A stretch of DNA of 64,000 nucleotides from Trichoplax adhaerens (GCF_000150275.1 NW_002060943.1:6936299-7000298), one strand, 5' to 3'; shown: positions 15,261 through 28,830, numbered from the stretch's first letter. The notes: generated by a model not told the origin, from the sequence alone. A program made the numbers and translations.

Positions 15261-15274
15261 GTTACCTTGGCAGC
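15261..15274 (+). promoter_or_regulatory. RFX X-box upstream of DAW1
   Basis: GTTACCTTGGCAGC has one mismatch to the consensus GTNRCC-N(0-3)-RGYAAC and ends about 50 nt upstream of the ATG of a motile-cilia gene. Confidence 0.65.
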
Positions 15275-15325
15275 AGTTCAGGAGTGGCAAAGGCGCCGTA
15301 GAAAATCTTCCTCCATTGCTTCGCG

Positions 15326-18300
15326 ATGCGTCTGAAACGTTTCTTGCTACGTTATTACCCTCCAGGTACTTAAATATCATCGATTTCTCTATCATAACCT
15401 AATAGCTGGATAATGGAATAGTTTCAAGTGAAGTGATAGCCAAGTTTTAGTGCAAATGGTTGCCATTTCGCGTCGAGCATTGATAGCATCAGCGATGCCA
15501 CTGCTGGTCCTAGTTTTTCCTATCGGCAATGACTTTCTCTAGATTAAATGAAATTAGTAATGGTTTCCTTTTCTATTTAATTATTATTATAGGGATTATC
15601 TTGGAATATGAACAAAATTGCCAATTGCGAACGAAATGCATCGATCTACTAGATTTAAAACCAGAGTGAGTTGATCAATCTACAATAGTTCCATTGCCAA
15701 TGCGCATACAGCGGTGGATGTTAAAGGATAGATATACATGTTGTATACGACGATTGCATACTTTTTTAAACGATAGTAAAGTAATTTCATTACTTATTTT
15801 AGGACCGATATCGATGATTTATTAGAAGATGTTGCAAATAAAGAACCTCTAATAACTCCGTCCAAGTATGAACAAGTTAGGAGACTAATTGCAAGTATCC
15901 TTGACATACCGTACGGCCAAAATAGCCTATGCTACGTGTAAAATCCATCCTTTCATCAATACATACAAATACTGTGTTTAATCGAATTGAATTCCACTGC
16001 TCATCCAATAAACTGAGAAAAAGAAATCTTTAAATGCTGTGCTATGCTATAGTACATTTATAAACCCAACAGTAGTTAAAATTATTGTTTTGGAAAATGT
16101 CTACCATAGCTTATTTTTGTAATTCAAAATTGGACGGTTTGTACATTGTAGACGTAGTCCTGCGATACTTTGCAGTAGCATCAGGCCAAAAGAGCTTGTA
16201 TTCATCAACCAATGTCTCTTGCCTACAAAAAAAGATTTTTCTCTTAACGCTATCTTTACACAGAATTACAATATAAACTCGCTAACAAAGATACAAAGAA
16301 ATTCTATTTATTTAAGGTAATCCAAATGATGTGATTGAATTTTCAATTCGTAATATACACGTATATAAGCCAGACTGGACTCGATCGATGCTCTCGCCAG
16401 CCACGTTCACTTCATATTAAACCTTCTTTATCAATATGATATCATTTTCCTTCTAATAGGTCCTCAGGGCACACATTCTACCTCTTACGAATGTCGCTTT
16501 CAATAAGCCGGGAACTAGGTATCCATAAAAAAATTCTATATAGTAGCAAATAAGTATTATCTATTATAGATTAGGATGCGTTAAGAACTCTATTTTTTAA
16601 ACTGCCCAATATTAATACAGTGCTTGTATATTACAAATTTTATTATAGTTTCATTACTGGAAGCTATGATCGCACTTGTAAAATATGGGATACATCATCA
16701 GGGGAAGAGCTTTACACATTAGAAGGCCATAGGAACGTTGTCTACGCAGTTGCTTTCAATAATCCATACGGGTATAAGTTATTAAATAAGAATAAATCTC
16801 TGTATTTCTTTTGAGATTTAATTAATTTAACATTTTATTATCCTGAAAGATAAGACTTTGAAAGTATATCAATTAGTTTACTTACATATGGACATTAAAT
16901 TGACTTTTCAGCGACAAAATTGCCACGGGATCTTTTGATAAAACGTGCAAGGTTTGACAATGTCATCATACTGTGTATTAAAATAAAATCACTGTGAAAA
17001 ATCATTTAAACAAAATTAAAGTGATACTCTGACAATATACGAGTCTGCTTATAATATTATCGTTGTCATTTTGTAATAACCTCTTTAAACTACCTTACTT
17101 GATATAGCTTTGGAATGCAAATACTGGAAAATGTTATCATACATTTAAAGGACATACAGCCGAAATCGTAAGAAATTAATTTCGATTGTATCACGGTGCA
17201 CGAATAACTTTATTATATTATATCGATAACGGCGTCAATATATAAATTTCGGTAGACGACGTGGTTAAGATTTATACATTAATAAGTAATGATCTACCCA
17301 TATTAGTTCTAATCCCAGTTAAGATAACAATTAATCTACAATATGTTATGGCATTACAATGATAAAAATGAATAATATAGGTTTGCCTTTCCTTCAATCC
17401 TCCGAGCACTATAATTGCCACGGGTAGTATGGACACTACTGCTAAATTGTGGGATTTGCAAAGCGGAACAGAAGTCGCTACATTATCTGTAAGCCTTTAA
17501 ATTACCTACTGCTTATTTGCAAGAATTATATAAAATTTAGATGATAGTATGATAGTATTACTATCTCAATGTACAAAAATTAAGGCAAATTATGTGGATT
17601 GATTGCTATTGAATTAAACATCTATCGATTGCATATCTGCAGAAGCAAAATACTAAAGTTTAAGTAATATCTACAATAGGGTCACACTGCAGAAATAATT
17701 TCACTAGCATTTAATTCAACTGGCAATAAGCTGGTTACTGGATCATTTGATCATACTGTTAGCATATGGGATTCGGAAACTGGTAGACGAATACATACAC
17801 TGATAGGTCATCATAGTGAAATATCCAGTACCCAATTTAATTATGATTCATCGCTCATTATAACTGGATCAATGGTAAGATAAGCTAGTCATATCAGTCA
17901 CGCCCTATTTTATTAATACTCAAGCACTGTTTGTTTTATTAATTTACTCCATAGTCTTTATCAATGTCTCTAACAGTCTTGATTTCGCAGGATAAAACAT
18001 GTAAATTATGGGACGTCAACAGCGGAAAGTGTATTCATACATTCAGGTATTTCAGTCTAACATCGCATGGAGTCGTTGATAGGATAGATAGAAAATTGAT
18101 GGAATGTTGAAAAATTGCTTATTGGTTACTAAATTTACCTAATTCGATAATTATCCAGTGGCCATGAAGACGAAGTTTTAGATGTTAGCTTCAATTTTAC
18201 TGGACATAAATTTGCAACAGCCTCAGCTGATGGTAATTAAATAAATCTTTCCTATGGTTATACGAAATTTAGTATTACTTCATTTATTAGCTATTGCAAG

Positions 18301-18880
18301 TTACTGTTAAATTTAATGGGAGTGAATCTTAACTTTTCTAGGAACGTGTAGGGTTTATGACGCTTATAATCATAATTGTATTACTAAATTGATCGGCCAT
18401 GAAGGCGAAATTTCTAAAGTAAATATATGATGATATCGATGAGATTGATGAACGAAATTTTATATTTACTAAATTATTAAAATACTAATTTTTATCTCTA
18501 CTAGGTATGTTTTAATCCGCAAGGCAATAAAATATTAACAGCAAGTAGCGACAAAACAGCTAGATTATGGGATCCAGAAACTGGCAATTGTCTGCAGGTA
18601 AAGAAGTAATAACGTAGTCATTTCGATATCAGTGATCAGTATGTGGCATGATCAATAACGTAAATGAATATACAACACTTTTTAATAGATCTTGGAAGGA
18701 CATAGTGATGAAATTTTTAGCTGTACATTCAACTACGAAGGAAATATGATTATTACAGGTTACAATATACAATATAGTGCATTTAAAGGATAGATAGCTG
18801 AGCAAATTAAGATAATATATGTAACTTACTTAATTTTAATCGTAGGGAGTAAGGATAACACGTGCAGAATCTGGAGTTAA
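15326..18880 (+). CDS. DAW1: Dynein assembly factor with WD repeats 1 (WDR69/ODA16 ortholog), multi-exon
   Basis: Spliced protein [21 protein letters not shown]...IDLLDL...[21 protein letters not shown]...[14 protein letters not shown]...[31 protein letters not shown]...[13 protein letters not shown]. It closely follows DAW1 end to end. First exons 15326-15365, 15593-15665, 15803-15894, 16264-16316; stop TAA at 18878-18880. Confidence 0.97.
15895..16263 (+). other. Minor-spliceosome (U12-type, GT-AG) intron 3 of DAW1
   Basis: 5' end GTATCCTTGA (U12 consensus RTATCCTT). Branch-like TTTTCTCTTAAC at 16237-16248 lies about 15 nt before the CAG at 16261-16263. Splicing restores the frame (...RRLIA-K-LQYKL...). 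Confidence 0.85.
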
Positions 18881-20128
18881 CAAGCATAGAATCTGAAATT
18901 AGCTGGGATTGCTCCTAAAGTTAGTAAATGGATAGGGCACACTTAACTTCGATAAAATAGTTTTCCCCGGTGTATCTAACATTAGCTTTTAACACCAATA
19001 GGTATATTATTAAGATGATGTCATATAATTGTACGAAATGATAAATTTTATAATAAGCCGTGCGTAGTCAATAATGGTAAATGATTGATAAATCAATTAC
19101 GGTGTCACCATCAATGCAGAGTAAAACTCTATTTGATTTCTTTACAAAGAATTTGATAACATCAGACGCTATGTGGTGTAACTATTATTCCGCTGACGAA
19201 GGCTATGATATTTCATGTAAAATCTTAAATCATGTAGAACTAATTTCATTTACTATTTTCAAAGGTTGATTAGATATATTATATCGCCATTATATTATAA
19301 AAATGAATATGTACCAGATTGTGAATGTAAATATAATGTATTGCGATTTAAGATGCCCTAATGTTACGTAACTTTTAAACAATAATCGCTAAACTCCTGG
19401 CATTATCGATTTCTTCACCCTTTTACGATATAATAAAACTGCCCATTCTATTTTTATCGAATACTAATAAGCACTGGCGAATGATGATATACTATTAGCA
19501 TTAATAGTATATTTGCAGTATAAGTGCAACCGTAACTGAGGATCCTGAAGTTTGAAATTCCCATATAGTTAAATAACACGTATAGTTAAGTGTAGAGCAA
19601 AGTAAGCTAGAAATCGTTTCCTGCATTTTAAAATAATTTGAGTGCATAAATGTCTTCGCATAATAGGAAAATAGTCATTACAAATGGTCTGTGTTAAAAA
19701 TTGTTAGATTTTGAGTGCTCATTTATTTCCTTTTTCCTTTCAAATTAAATTAACAACGCATTGTCCCATATAAAAATTTAAATAGAACAAAAAAATGTAC
19801 TAAAACAAGATTATATACTCAAACAAATTAAAACTTCTTCTATAAATTATTAGTTTATGTAATTAAAGATAGAGGGGTACTATTGTATGGATATTACTAC
19901 GTTACAAAAACTTGAAAAAATGTAAAGTTAAGAAATTATCAAACGCTTGGTTGCCTAATATTTTTGATTGATTATATGGAAATTTTTAGTGCATTAAGCA
20001 TAGCTAACGATGATCTATTTTAAATGATATCGTAGTTATAATTACGTAGAATTTTCAATAAAGCTAGATATAGTACTATTTATGTAGGGTAAAAATCGTA
20101 GCACTCTATAAATTTACTTTTAGCGAAC

Positions 20129-23100
20129 TCAGTCATTAGATCTATTAGGTTGCACACTATCATCATGTTGTTCATGCTTTTCTAATGTGTCACCATCCAT
20201 TAAATTAATCTCCTCCAAATGATCATTACATAAATTGTTAACATCTAGATTATCGTTATCGTTATCGTAGCAATTAGAATTTCTTGGAGTAATCTTAGTT
20301 ATTGACTGTGATTGACGTTTTGAAACATGATTCGATTGATCTGAAGTCGATCCCACAATTTGATCAGGTTGATCAGTATTTTCTATTATTTCTTTATCCA
20401 TATGCGTCAATTCTATGCTCTTTTCTTTCTTAGGCCTTAACACATAATACCAATATAACACCACGATAATTATTACTACTAATATAAATGAAACCACGCC
20501 AGCAACGATCCCAATTGTCATACTTTGTTGACTTCCTGTCAATGCAGTGCCTATAGTATTGACAAAGGGTACCGATCCAGTTCCAAGACCAGAAGTAAAA
20601 ATTTGTTGTGAACTAGATGTTGTCGATTGCTTTGAACTTGTTGTGGGAGCAGCATTACTTGCCTTTGAAATAGGCTTATTTGTTGAAGGTATTTTGGTTG
20701 TAGATGGGATTTTATTAGTAAAATGTGTTGTAGATTTTGTTAAGGTTGTTGAAGTAGTAGTGGGTAAAATTTGGCCATTAATACAAATAGCTTCTTTTAC
20801 TTCATGTCTTGATTGATTTGGAATAAATTCTATATTCTGACTCTTAGGTGATTGATATGCTAAATCAAGTAGACGTAAACCCAAAATTGATACATTATTC
20901 AAGCATAGACCACCTAAGCCATTATTTCCATCGCCCAACTGAATTGTTATATTATTATGTAAGCTCAATTTCACCACATCTTGTACTTCTTTACCGTCGA
21001 CAGAAATCAAATTTCTTTCTAAATCAATTAAGACATCATGACGTTGTTGATCGTTATACTTTACTCGATTTAATTCATTCAATATTATATTAGAATCGTT
21101 TACAACCAACAATATTCTACTGTTATCGATAGCTAGGATTAATTCACTTTGTGGGCTATTTTCAATTGATAATTTTAAATTAAGAATATCAATATGAGAC
21201 AAATTGGTCCAAAATGATAAGAAAATCCGATTGTCTGACGGATTAAATTCGCTGTTAGTATATCTTATACCATTTCCGTTACTAAACTGAGCCCCTCGAA
21301 CTATATACAAGCAAAAAAATAATATAAATTAGTTAATAATATATATTATTCGCACGTCAAGAGATAATTAACTACGAAAGGAAAACCATACAAATTATCA
21401 TAGTACTTACTGTGACTACAGACTGGTCCAATATATTGCGTTGATGAACAATCGCAATAAAATGAAGAGTAATTTCCTTGACATACGGAAAAGTGTTGAC
21501 ACGGAGTTTTAAAGCATGGAATTTTACAGCTATTAACAATGGTATTTCCGATATATTGTTGAAGACTATATTTCTTCAGTCCAATAAAGAAATCACCTAG
21601 GCAACCAGTAAAACCATCCATATTCCTATACAGCAAACAAAATGGTTTGGATACAAACGCATATGAATTATTATTTAATATAAATATAAATGTATGCTTA
21701 CGTAAATAATACTATCAAATTTTGTTGAAAAAATAGTCAGTTTGAACCATTAATCATAAACTATTTACATTGCAGAGTTATAGCCAATTGAGAGTATTCC
21801 ACTGAGATCAAATCGAATTAATTGGTGAATAGTGGACGTTACGCCTTTCTTTTCAAATGATGTAGCTTGATCAACACTAAGCCAACTTCCAGATAGCGAT
21901 AAACTAAACCTTATTTGATGCCAGTTATCATCGTTGTATAGATTATAACCTTCAGCTGCAACGGATAGTTGTTGTTGGCCATGACCTTGTCCTAAATCAT
22001 ATGTTAGATTCACTTGCTTTGGAGATACGGTCAGTACAACTCGAGTTGATAACCCTTGCAAAAAAAGTAAGATCCCATAAACTGATTTCCCTTTAAATGA
22101 AATTCTAATATGACCATCGGATAATTGTTGCCGATTTAATGCAATTCCATGACGATTTGAAGTTAATGTTATTATATCTGATGGAGGTGCTAAATGAGAA
22201 CATAATTTACATATTAGAAATGAGAACTAATAAAGTCATACAAAGATATTAAAAATCGGTAGTTCATTAATTTGAAATTAATATTATAATATCTGATAGA
22301 AGTACTAAGAGAGAATATAATTTAAACATTACAAATTAGAAATGATAAGTCATGCAAGATAATCAGAAATTGATAGTTTATTGATTTGAAATTAATATTA
22401 TAATATCTAGCGGAGGTGATAAAGAGGATATTGTTTAAATGTTACAAATTGGAATTAATAAAGTTATATAAAGATAATTAAAAATTGATAGTTCTTTATT
22501 TATAACTAATCTTAATAAATTCTCTTGAATAATAATAGCACTAGGTTTATTTTCATACCTTGACCATCGCAAGTTAAGCTACCAAGTTGGATAAGACTTT
22601 GTCGTTGGATATCATTTGATTGGTAACCGACATGGACCTGAGTAACCGGTAAATGTGCTTTGCTGGTCAAAGTACCTTCATCCGATGCCCATGTTTGTCG
22701 ATTGGCATCACAATTACATACTTTAGTCTTATTGATGCAGGAATCTACAGTACCGCAAGCACATTTTCGAGAACCAATTGGAGCACCACTCCAACTATTC
22801 ATAGCTTGGCCATGGCGAGATACCCACCATACGTAAGGTTGATGAGGATAATTAAGCAGAACAGATCGGCTACAGAAATAGTTTAAGACTTGACCACACG
22901 TATTAGAGTTATTAATTAAAGCAGTAATTTGAGAAATTGAAATATTCTGTAATTGAATTCCTATACCATCTTGATAAGTAATATCAATAACACGAGCACC
23001 AGGTCCAATAGAATTATTTTGTGGTACATTATACGGATTAGTTCCAAATTGATGACGAATAGTGGTTATAGTTAAATCAGATCTGCTACAAAAAGTGGGA

Positions 23101-26100
23101 AATGGCTGTAGTAAACCATTAGGGCCATCAGGGTCGATATTATACCATCCATCCGCCTTACTTTCTTGAAGGCGAAAGATATCGTAGCAAGATTGTTGGT
23201 ATCGATCTATATATTTATGTATAATAAAATTTTCAACCTATTCGAATCCCATATTAACAAAGTATAACATTCAATCTTATGCTTGTATTGTATCCGACTT
23301 CTATTACAAATTATTCATTTAGAGAAGAAAATGACTCGTATCTCATCAGGTAAAGCAATGCACAACGCAATCCATTTAGGTATAGATTAAAATATAATAC
23401 TTTGATTTGAAGAATTATTTCAGTGCTATATTAACTTTAAACTGTAAAAATATCTCGGCAGCATAGTATACCACTGGCAAACGCTACGGAAAATGGATAT
23501 AGTTTTTTTAGTGTATTAGGAAAGAATTTTTAAATATCGTAATACTTATATATATCTTCTTCTCATCTTATTCTCTGTATTTCCTATAGATACACAATTA
23601 CATACTCTCATCCTACTTAAAATACCTCGTAAACTCGATTTACATGCAATAAATTTACAAAAAGGTTTCAATCTTTTAGAATAAGAGTCTATTGAAATAC
23701 TGTTATATGCGGTTAAGTACAAACTTACATTGTTGGCATCGGGTACCCTCATAATGATTGGTAGGGCTACAGTTGCATTCAAATGTATTATATTTATTCT
23801 TACATTCTCCACCGTGTTGGCAAGGATAGAATGGAAGACAATAATCTTGAGCACCGCATATATTTAATTGGACATCGGTTAACGAATAGTAGATCGATTG
23901 AAATGTTGTAATTGCCCATTCCATGTTAACTGTTGAATACATCCATGAAATTGAATTGTTACAGTTCGATTTTGAGTCTTATTTTGATTATCGATTGGCT
24001 GGAGAGATGTTAATGTTGTTTCTTCATTATCAAGTATAACGCGGCAATGTGTTCGATTTAATATAACAGATAAGTGATGCCAGTAACCGTCAAAAATGTC
24101 TCTATTAATGACTGCTGGCAAAGGTGCAAAATTGGATACATCAACAAATATGACCTTGTTATTTATAAAAAGTCGAAGCATATGCATGGATTGAGTTTCA
24201 GTGATATATAATAGTTGAGTTTGTTGTGAATACGATGCACGAAATACAAACGTTAAATTATATTCAGCAGATTGATTATAAATCTGCTCCATGAATTGAA
24301 TGCTTGATTGTGATTTGGATAAATAAGCTAATTGAATATCTTGATTTTGGCAAGAAAGTTGACTTAAATTTCCAATAATTACCTTCTCTTTGACGAAGAG
24401 ATTAGCATTATTCTGAGAGAATGTAATATTATGCATACATCCGATAAAATTTTGAGTCAAATTGAATCTTGTCTGAATTTCGCTTGGTGTGCCACCGATA
24501 TACGCTATGCCATGGATGGAATAACGATTGAATGGTGCTAATAAATGTTGAGAATGAGAAAGGAATGAATCGACTTGTAGAATAAAATTTTCTCCAAGTC
24601 GATATAGATTAACCATATGAGGTTGATGATTGCTGATTAATACTCCATTATTTAGCTCCATACTGTTCAATCCTAGACTTTCATCATGAATAATCCATAG
24701 CGCTTTCAAATAGCCAGATTTTATTTGGATGGATAGATAACTTGAATTCCCGGAAATAGGTAAAAGAAATAGCTGTCCATCGATTTGATTACTTTTAATT
24801 TGAAATTGGAGCGTCATATTATCGGCATGATCGGTAATATTGACCGCCATATAGTTACGTCCATCAAATGCCGTAGCCCCTATCAAGGTGAAATAATTAC
24901 AATTAAAATAAGCCATAGTGTATAGGCTGAGTTGATGTCTTTAAACTATTATATATCAAAAATATTATATGAAATATAGTACTGTAGTATTTCTGCATCT
25001 AGTGATTACGTAGTCTACTAATAATATTAAACTGAAATAAAGCGTTCTTGATATATAAAGCAACTACGAACGTTACTTTATTCAGCAGCGAAAATAAATG
25101 AATAACGCCATTTCACAAAAAATATATAACAGAAATTTATCACTCTCAGAATAAATTAGGGAATGCTACTATTAATAATTTACGCTGTATTGATCTAGTA
25201 TCCAGTCACTTATACTCTAAATATCGGATATTAACGCAATGCGGCTATTTCCCCATTTACAAGATAAAAATAAATTTTACTTACTTTAGTCATTAATCTA
25301 GCCTGATAACCATAATATGAAAGTAAGTACAGAAACTTAAACCTTACATAGCCTAACTGATAATGGTTATTATCGGGAATCATAGTTATGAAGAAATTTT
25401 GCTCTAGATAATTACTCTAACTAAGCTATTTTCTGGACTAAGTTTAGTATCTATAAACATAGGGTTAAAATAATTAGTAGCTTATGATATAGAATCGAGG
25501 AAAGAAGCTGACCATACAATAATGAAGCCAGTAACTACTGTTAATAGAGCTATCAAATAAATTCTGAATTTAAATATTAACTTAAATCAAAGCTATTTTC
25601 TAACCTTATACTAATATACAGTAATACTAATTTACATCTACTTCTATGCAATCAAATAGATAACTTTTGAAATGGAGCAAAAATGCGAAATTGAGTACGG
25701 ATAAATTAATGGTGGCTATTACTGTAAGATATACCCATATATAATGCAATACTTTTAGGTTATAACATGGATAGCTTTTGAAAATGGAAATAAAACTAGA
25801 AATTGACCACAAGATTAAACTTTCCGTCATCTTTGTCGTGAGATATATCCACACACTAGTAAATAATTTCAGACAATCAAATCGATAACTTGTGCAATGT
25901 TAGGAAATCGAGCAAAGATAACGTCCTCCTCATAACTAATTTTTAAATTTCGAAATGGCATTACAACAAGAAATCGAGTATAAGTCAAAATTCGGATTTT
26001 TTTATAGTAAAGCATACTAATGTCGTTGTCATGCTACTTTCATCGTAAATTCAATCTTATGTAAAGGTATACCCTTTGATATAGCTGATTATGAATTATA

Positions 26101-27083
26101 TCCATCCTTAAAAGATGAAAACTTTTAATCTAAAATCACGAAGAGAGATTCACTAGAATGTAAGATAGATCATAACTATTACTTCCTTATTTGCATTGTA
26201 GTAGTCATAAATTTATTGTTTAAACTAGCTCAATTTGTTTTATTTCCTGATCTTTCGAGAAGTACTGTATAGATTATATCTCTTATAGTCAATTACATAT
26301 CAATAGGCAAAATGGATAGATAGCCTTTTTAATACGATTAAATGGAATATCAACAAAAAATTTAGAAATAATTACAAATTTTGATCTAGTTATTGAGCAA
26401 TTTCCACTCCAGCTATGAACTCGGATGCAGCTATCGGCTATTTCATATTATAGGAAACTGTAGATCATGTCCATTGCTAGCTATTATAGATGGCTATTTG
26501 ATCAGATTTATTAGGAGTAAAATAAAATGCGATGTATGAAATGGTTGTATTCATATCTATAGCTATCATTTTTTTGCTATTATTAATATACTTTCAGGCA
26601 AACCATCCATTTTCAATTGTCAATGTAACTGGTTCAAGTAAAGCTAATGTAGCAAAATTTGATTAATCAGTCTTGGTTCCAAATGGACGTATGGATTCCT
26701 CTATACACTATGTAGCTGATTTATTTTTAACTCAGTCACTTACCTTTTTGCTTTAATATAGCCTATAAAGTAATTATCTGACAAATTAAATAATTTAAAG
26801 TGAAGTATTGATTCTAGGCGCTACAAAACCGATTTAAAATGCAAGAATTGAATCAAGTGCTTTTATTACAATCTCATCTTAATTCGCTACTTTAAAACTA
26901 ACTTCATTTTTATTCACTGAATACGGTCAAATCGAAGGAAATACCATATACTAAGGTTGGCTTGCATGTTTAATTTTTCATTTATAATGTCTTTCTACTT
27001 CTTACTATAAGTAATAGCTTACCTGGATTTATGAAAAAGAGGCCAGTAAGGATGAAAAAGCAATTTACTATTTTGTTCTTCAT
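20129..27083 (-). CDS. Contactin-associated protein-like (Caspr/CNTNAP/Neurexin IV family): signal peptide - LamG - LamG - EGF - fibrinogen-like - LamG - EGF - LamG - S/T stalk - TM - cytoplasmic tail; apparent 1-nt frameshift in exon 2
   Basis: Exons 27083-27023, 24879-23729, 23206-22559, 22189-21769, 21625-21411, 21300-20129, all GT-AG. Caspr-type motifs include WYNIDPDGPNG, PYVWWVSRHG, KCACGTVDSCINKTKVCNCDAN...HLPVTQVHVG and LTCDG; EGF YPCQHGGECK; TM IGIVAGVVSFILVVIIIVVLYW. Summed exon length is 3668 nt, one short of a multiple of 3. Confidence 0.88.
22155..22497. repeat. Three diverged tandem copies of a 114-115 bp unit spanning the intron 3/exon 4 junction of the Caspr-like gene
   Basis: Units start at 22155, 22270 and 22384 (ATTTGAA[G/A]TTAAT...ATATCT...). 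Copy 1 contains the functional acceptor and the first about 35 coding nt. Confidence 0.85.
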
Positions 27084-27552
27084 TTTTCTTTCTTGATTTC
27101 GACTAAAGATGAAGAAACCAAGGGTATAAAAATACTGACTGCAATCAATCTCAATTTGCATATTTATAGGCGGTATACAATAGGGGACTAGTCTACTCAT
27201 AAGAATAATATAATATACATATCTAGTTCTATTGTACAGTTATTCCTATTACTATCACGATCACTAGATAAGTTAGAATTATAGACTTTATAATTAATTA
27301 TTCCAATTAATTATTCCCATCGAAGTCAAAATGTAAATAAACAACCACTTGGTCATCAATTTTATAAAATTATGGCTACAGTTGAAATAACAAAGTAGCC
27401 GTGTTTCTTCAACTAGCTATGTTGCATTGCTATATTGATCTCATTTTTTTGTACAATTTAATTATTATGAATTACGTTTAATTTAACAGCTAAGAAACGA
27501 TATAGAATTAAACTAGAAATGGGTTAAGTTTAACTCCGGAGGACATCCTCAC

Positions 27553-27730
27553 CATCGACATCGATACTAGATACAAATAACCCTAAATCTATAAATTATG
27601 TGCCATCATGGACTCTTGATATCATCGATATCGATACTAGTTACGAATAACTCTAAAACTATTAACCATCTGCCATTACAGAATCTGTTATCTTCAACAT
27701 CGATGTTATATACAAATAAGTGTAGAACTC
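27553..27730. repeat. Degenerate about 70 bp tandem repeat, about 2.5 copies
   Basis: CATCGA[C/T]ATCGATACTAG.TAC.AATAAC.CTAAA.CTAT units start at 27553 and 27623, with a more diverged copy at 27692. Confidence 0.75.
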
Positions 27731-28830
27731 TCATCTATTATCGGGAAAATACTCATTAAATGTTAGCAATCAATGTTAACTGGCCTGCTAGTAAATACTC
27801 CTATATTTCATTCTACTCTATGACGGTGAATAAAGCTAATGTAAGCCTTCTTTGTGACGATACAAAGTTCAAGGCTAAAATAGGAGATGAAATTATTCTT
27901 TTCAAATAATTAAGTTTAATGATATCTAAAATACCTTTCTAGCAAAAGATTATCCTATCTATTTTCATCAATACTTAAAAAATGCCGGCAACCAAAACAT
28001 CTGGCCTAATAGTACACATTAATATGATCTTTCTACTATACGATTCTGAGGGAAGCTACTATAACCCTTACTACCTATGATATAGAATGGATGGTTAAGA
28101 TACTATATGCTGATGAGCTGATTCTAATCGTAGTTTTAATCCTTGGCTTCGCATGGATCGCGGGAAAATGATCTGAGTAATGAATTATTTTAATTGTTTT
28201 CTTTCGAAGGCGCTTCTATACAGTAGCATAACATCAGCAACATGAATTTCTTAAAAGTCAAATCAAAATAGCAAAATGGAGAATTACTCATAGCAACCTA
28301 TATGATCATCAATAAGAGCTTGTAAATTGGACTACAAGCTTTCGTGTATACCTTCCATAAATATTTCAATGAATAACTTTAGCTATAACATTTACTATTA
28401 CCTAAGATTAGGCTAAAACTGTTCTGTACTGATTTATAGATCATACCTATGGAGTTGGCAAAATTCGAGCATTGCTCATAAAGGATGAAAAATAACTTTT
28501 ACAGTTCATTACTCGAAGGGAGAAAATAAAATCTTCAGGTTGCTCATGTCATAATTTCGTTTGCAATCTTGTCGAGATTAAGTGTTGTACACAATCCTAA
28601 CTGTTATATTTGGGATAATTACATTATCAGCAGTGGTCAACAACTGATATGGGAACGTTCTATCAGTTCTAGCCCTCTGTTTTTCTATCCTTGAAATAGC
28701 AAAAAAATAACTAGTATAATAAATTGACGATTTTCGGTCATAGAACGAAATTTTTTGGCACTACCTTTCAAAATTATCTGAAGAAGAAATATTGTGCTTT
28801 TTGACAATACCCTTGTTCTACTATTTAATT

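Noticed and set aside
16519-16648. DAW1 intron starting GTATCCAT as a second U12 intron
   Set aside because: The donor deviates from GTATCCTT and there is no CCTTAAC-like branch site near the acceptor; treated as U2.
20547-21093. Plus-strand ORFs of 89 and 81 aa
   Set aside because: Antisense shadows of the Caspr-like last exon. The same applies to the antisense ORFs over DGK, Dicer, LOXHD1 and the GT31 gene (e.g. 11826-12134, 36283-36507, 52251-52649, 59198-59473).
23879-23930. Programmed -1 ribosomal frameshift in the Caspr-like gene
   Set aside because: No slippery heptamer or evident downstream structure; an indel is the simpler explanation.
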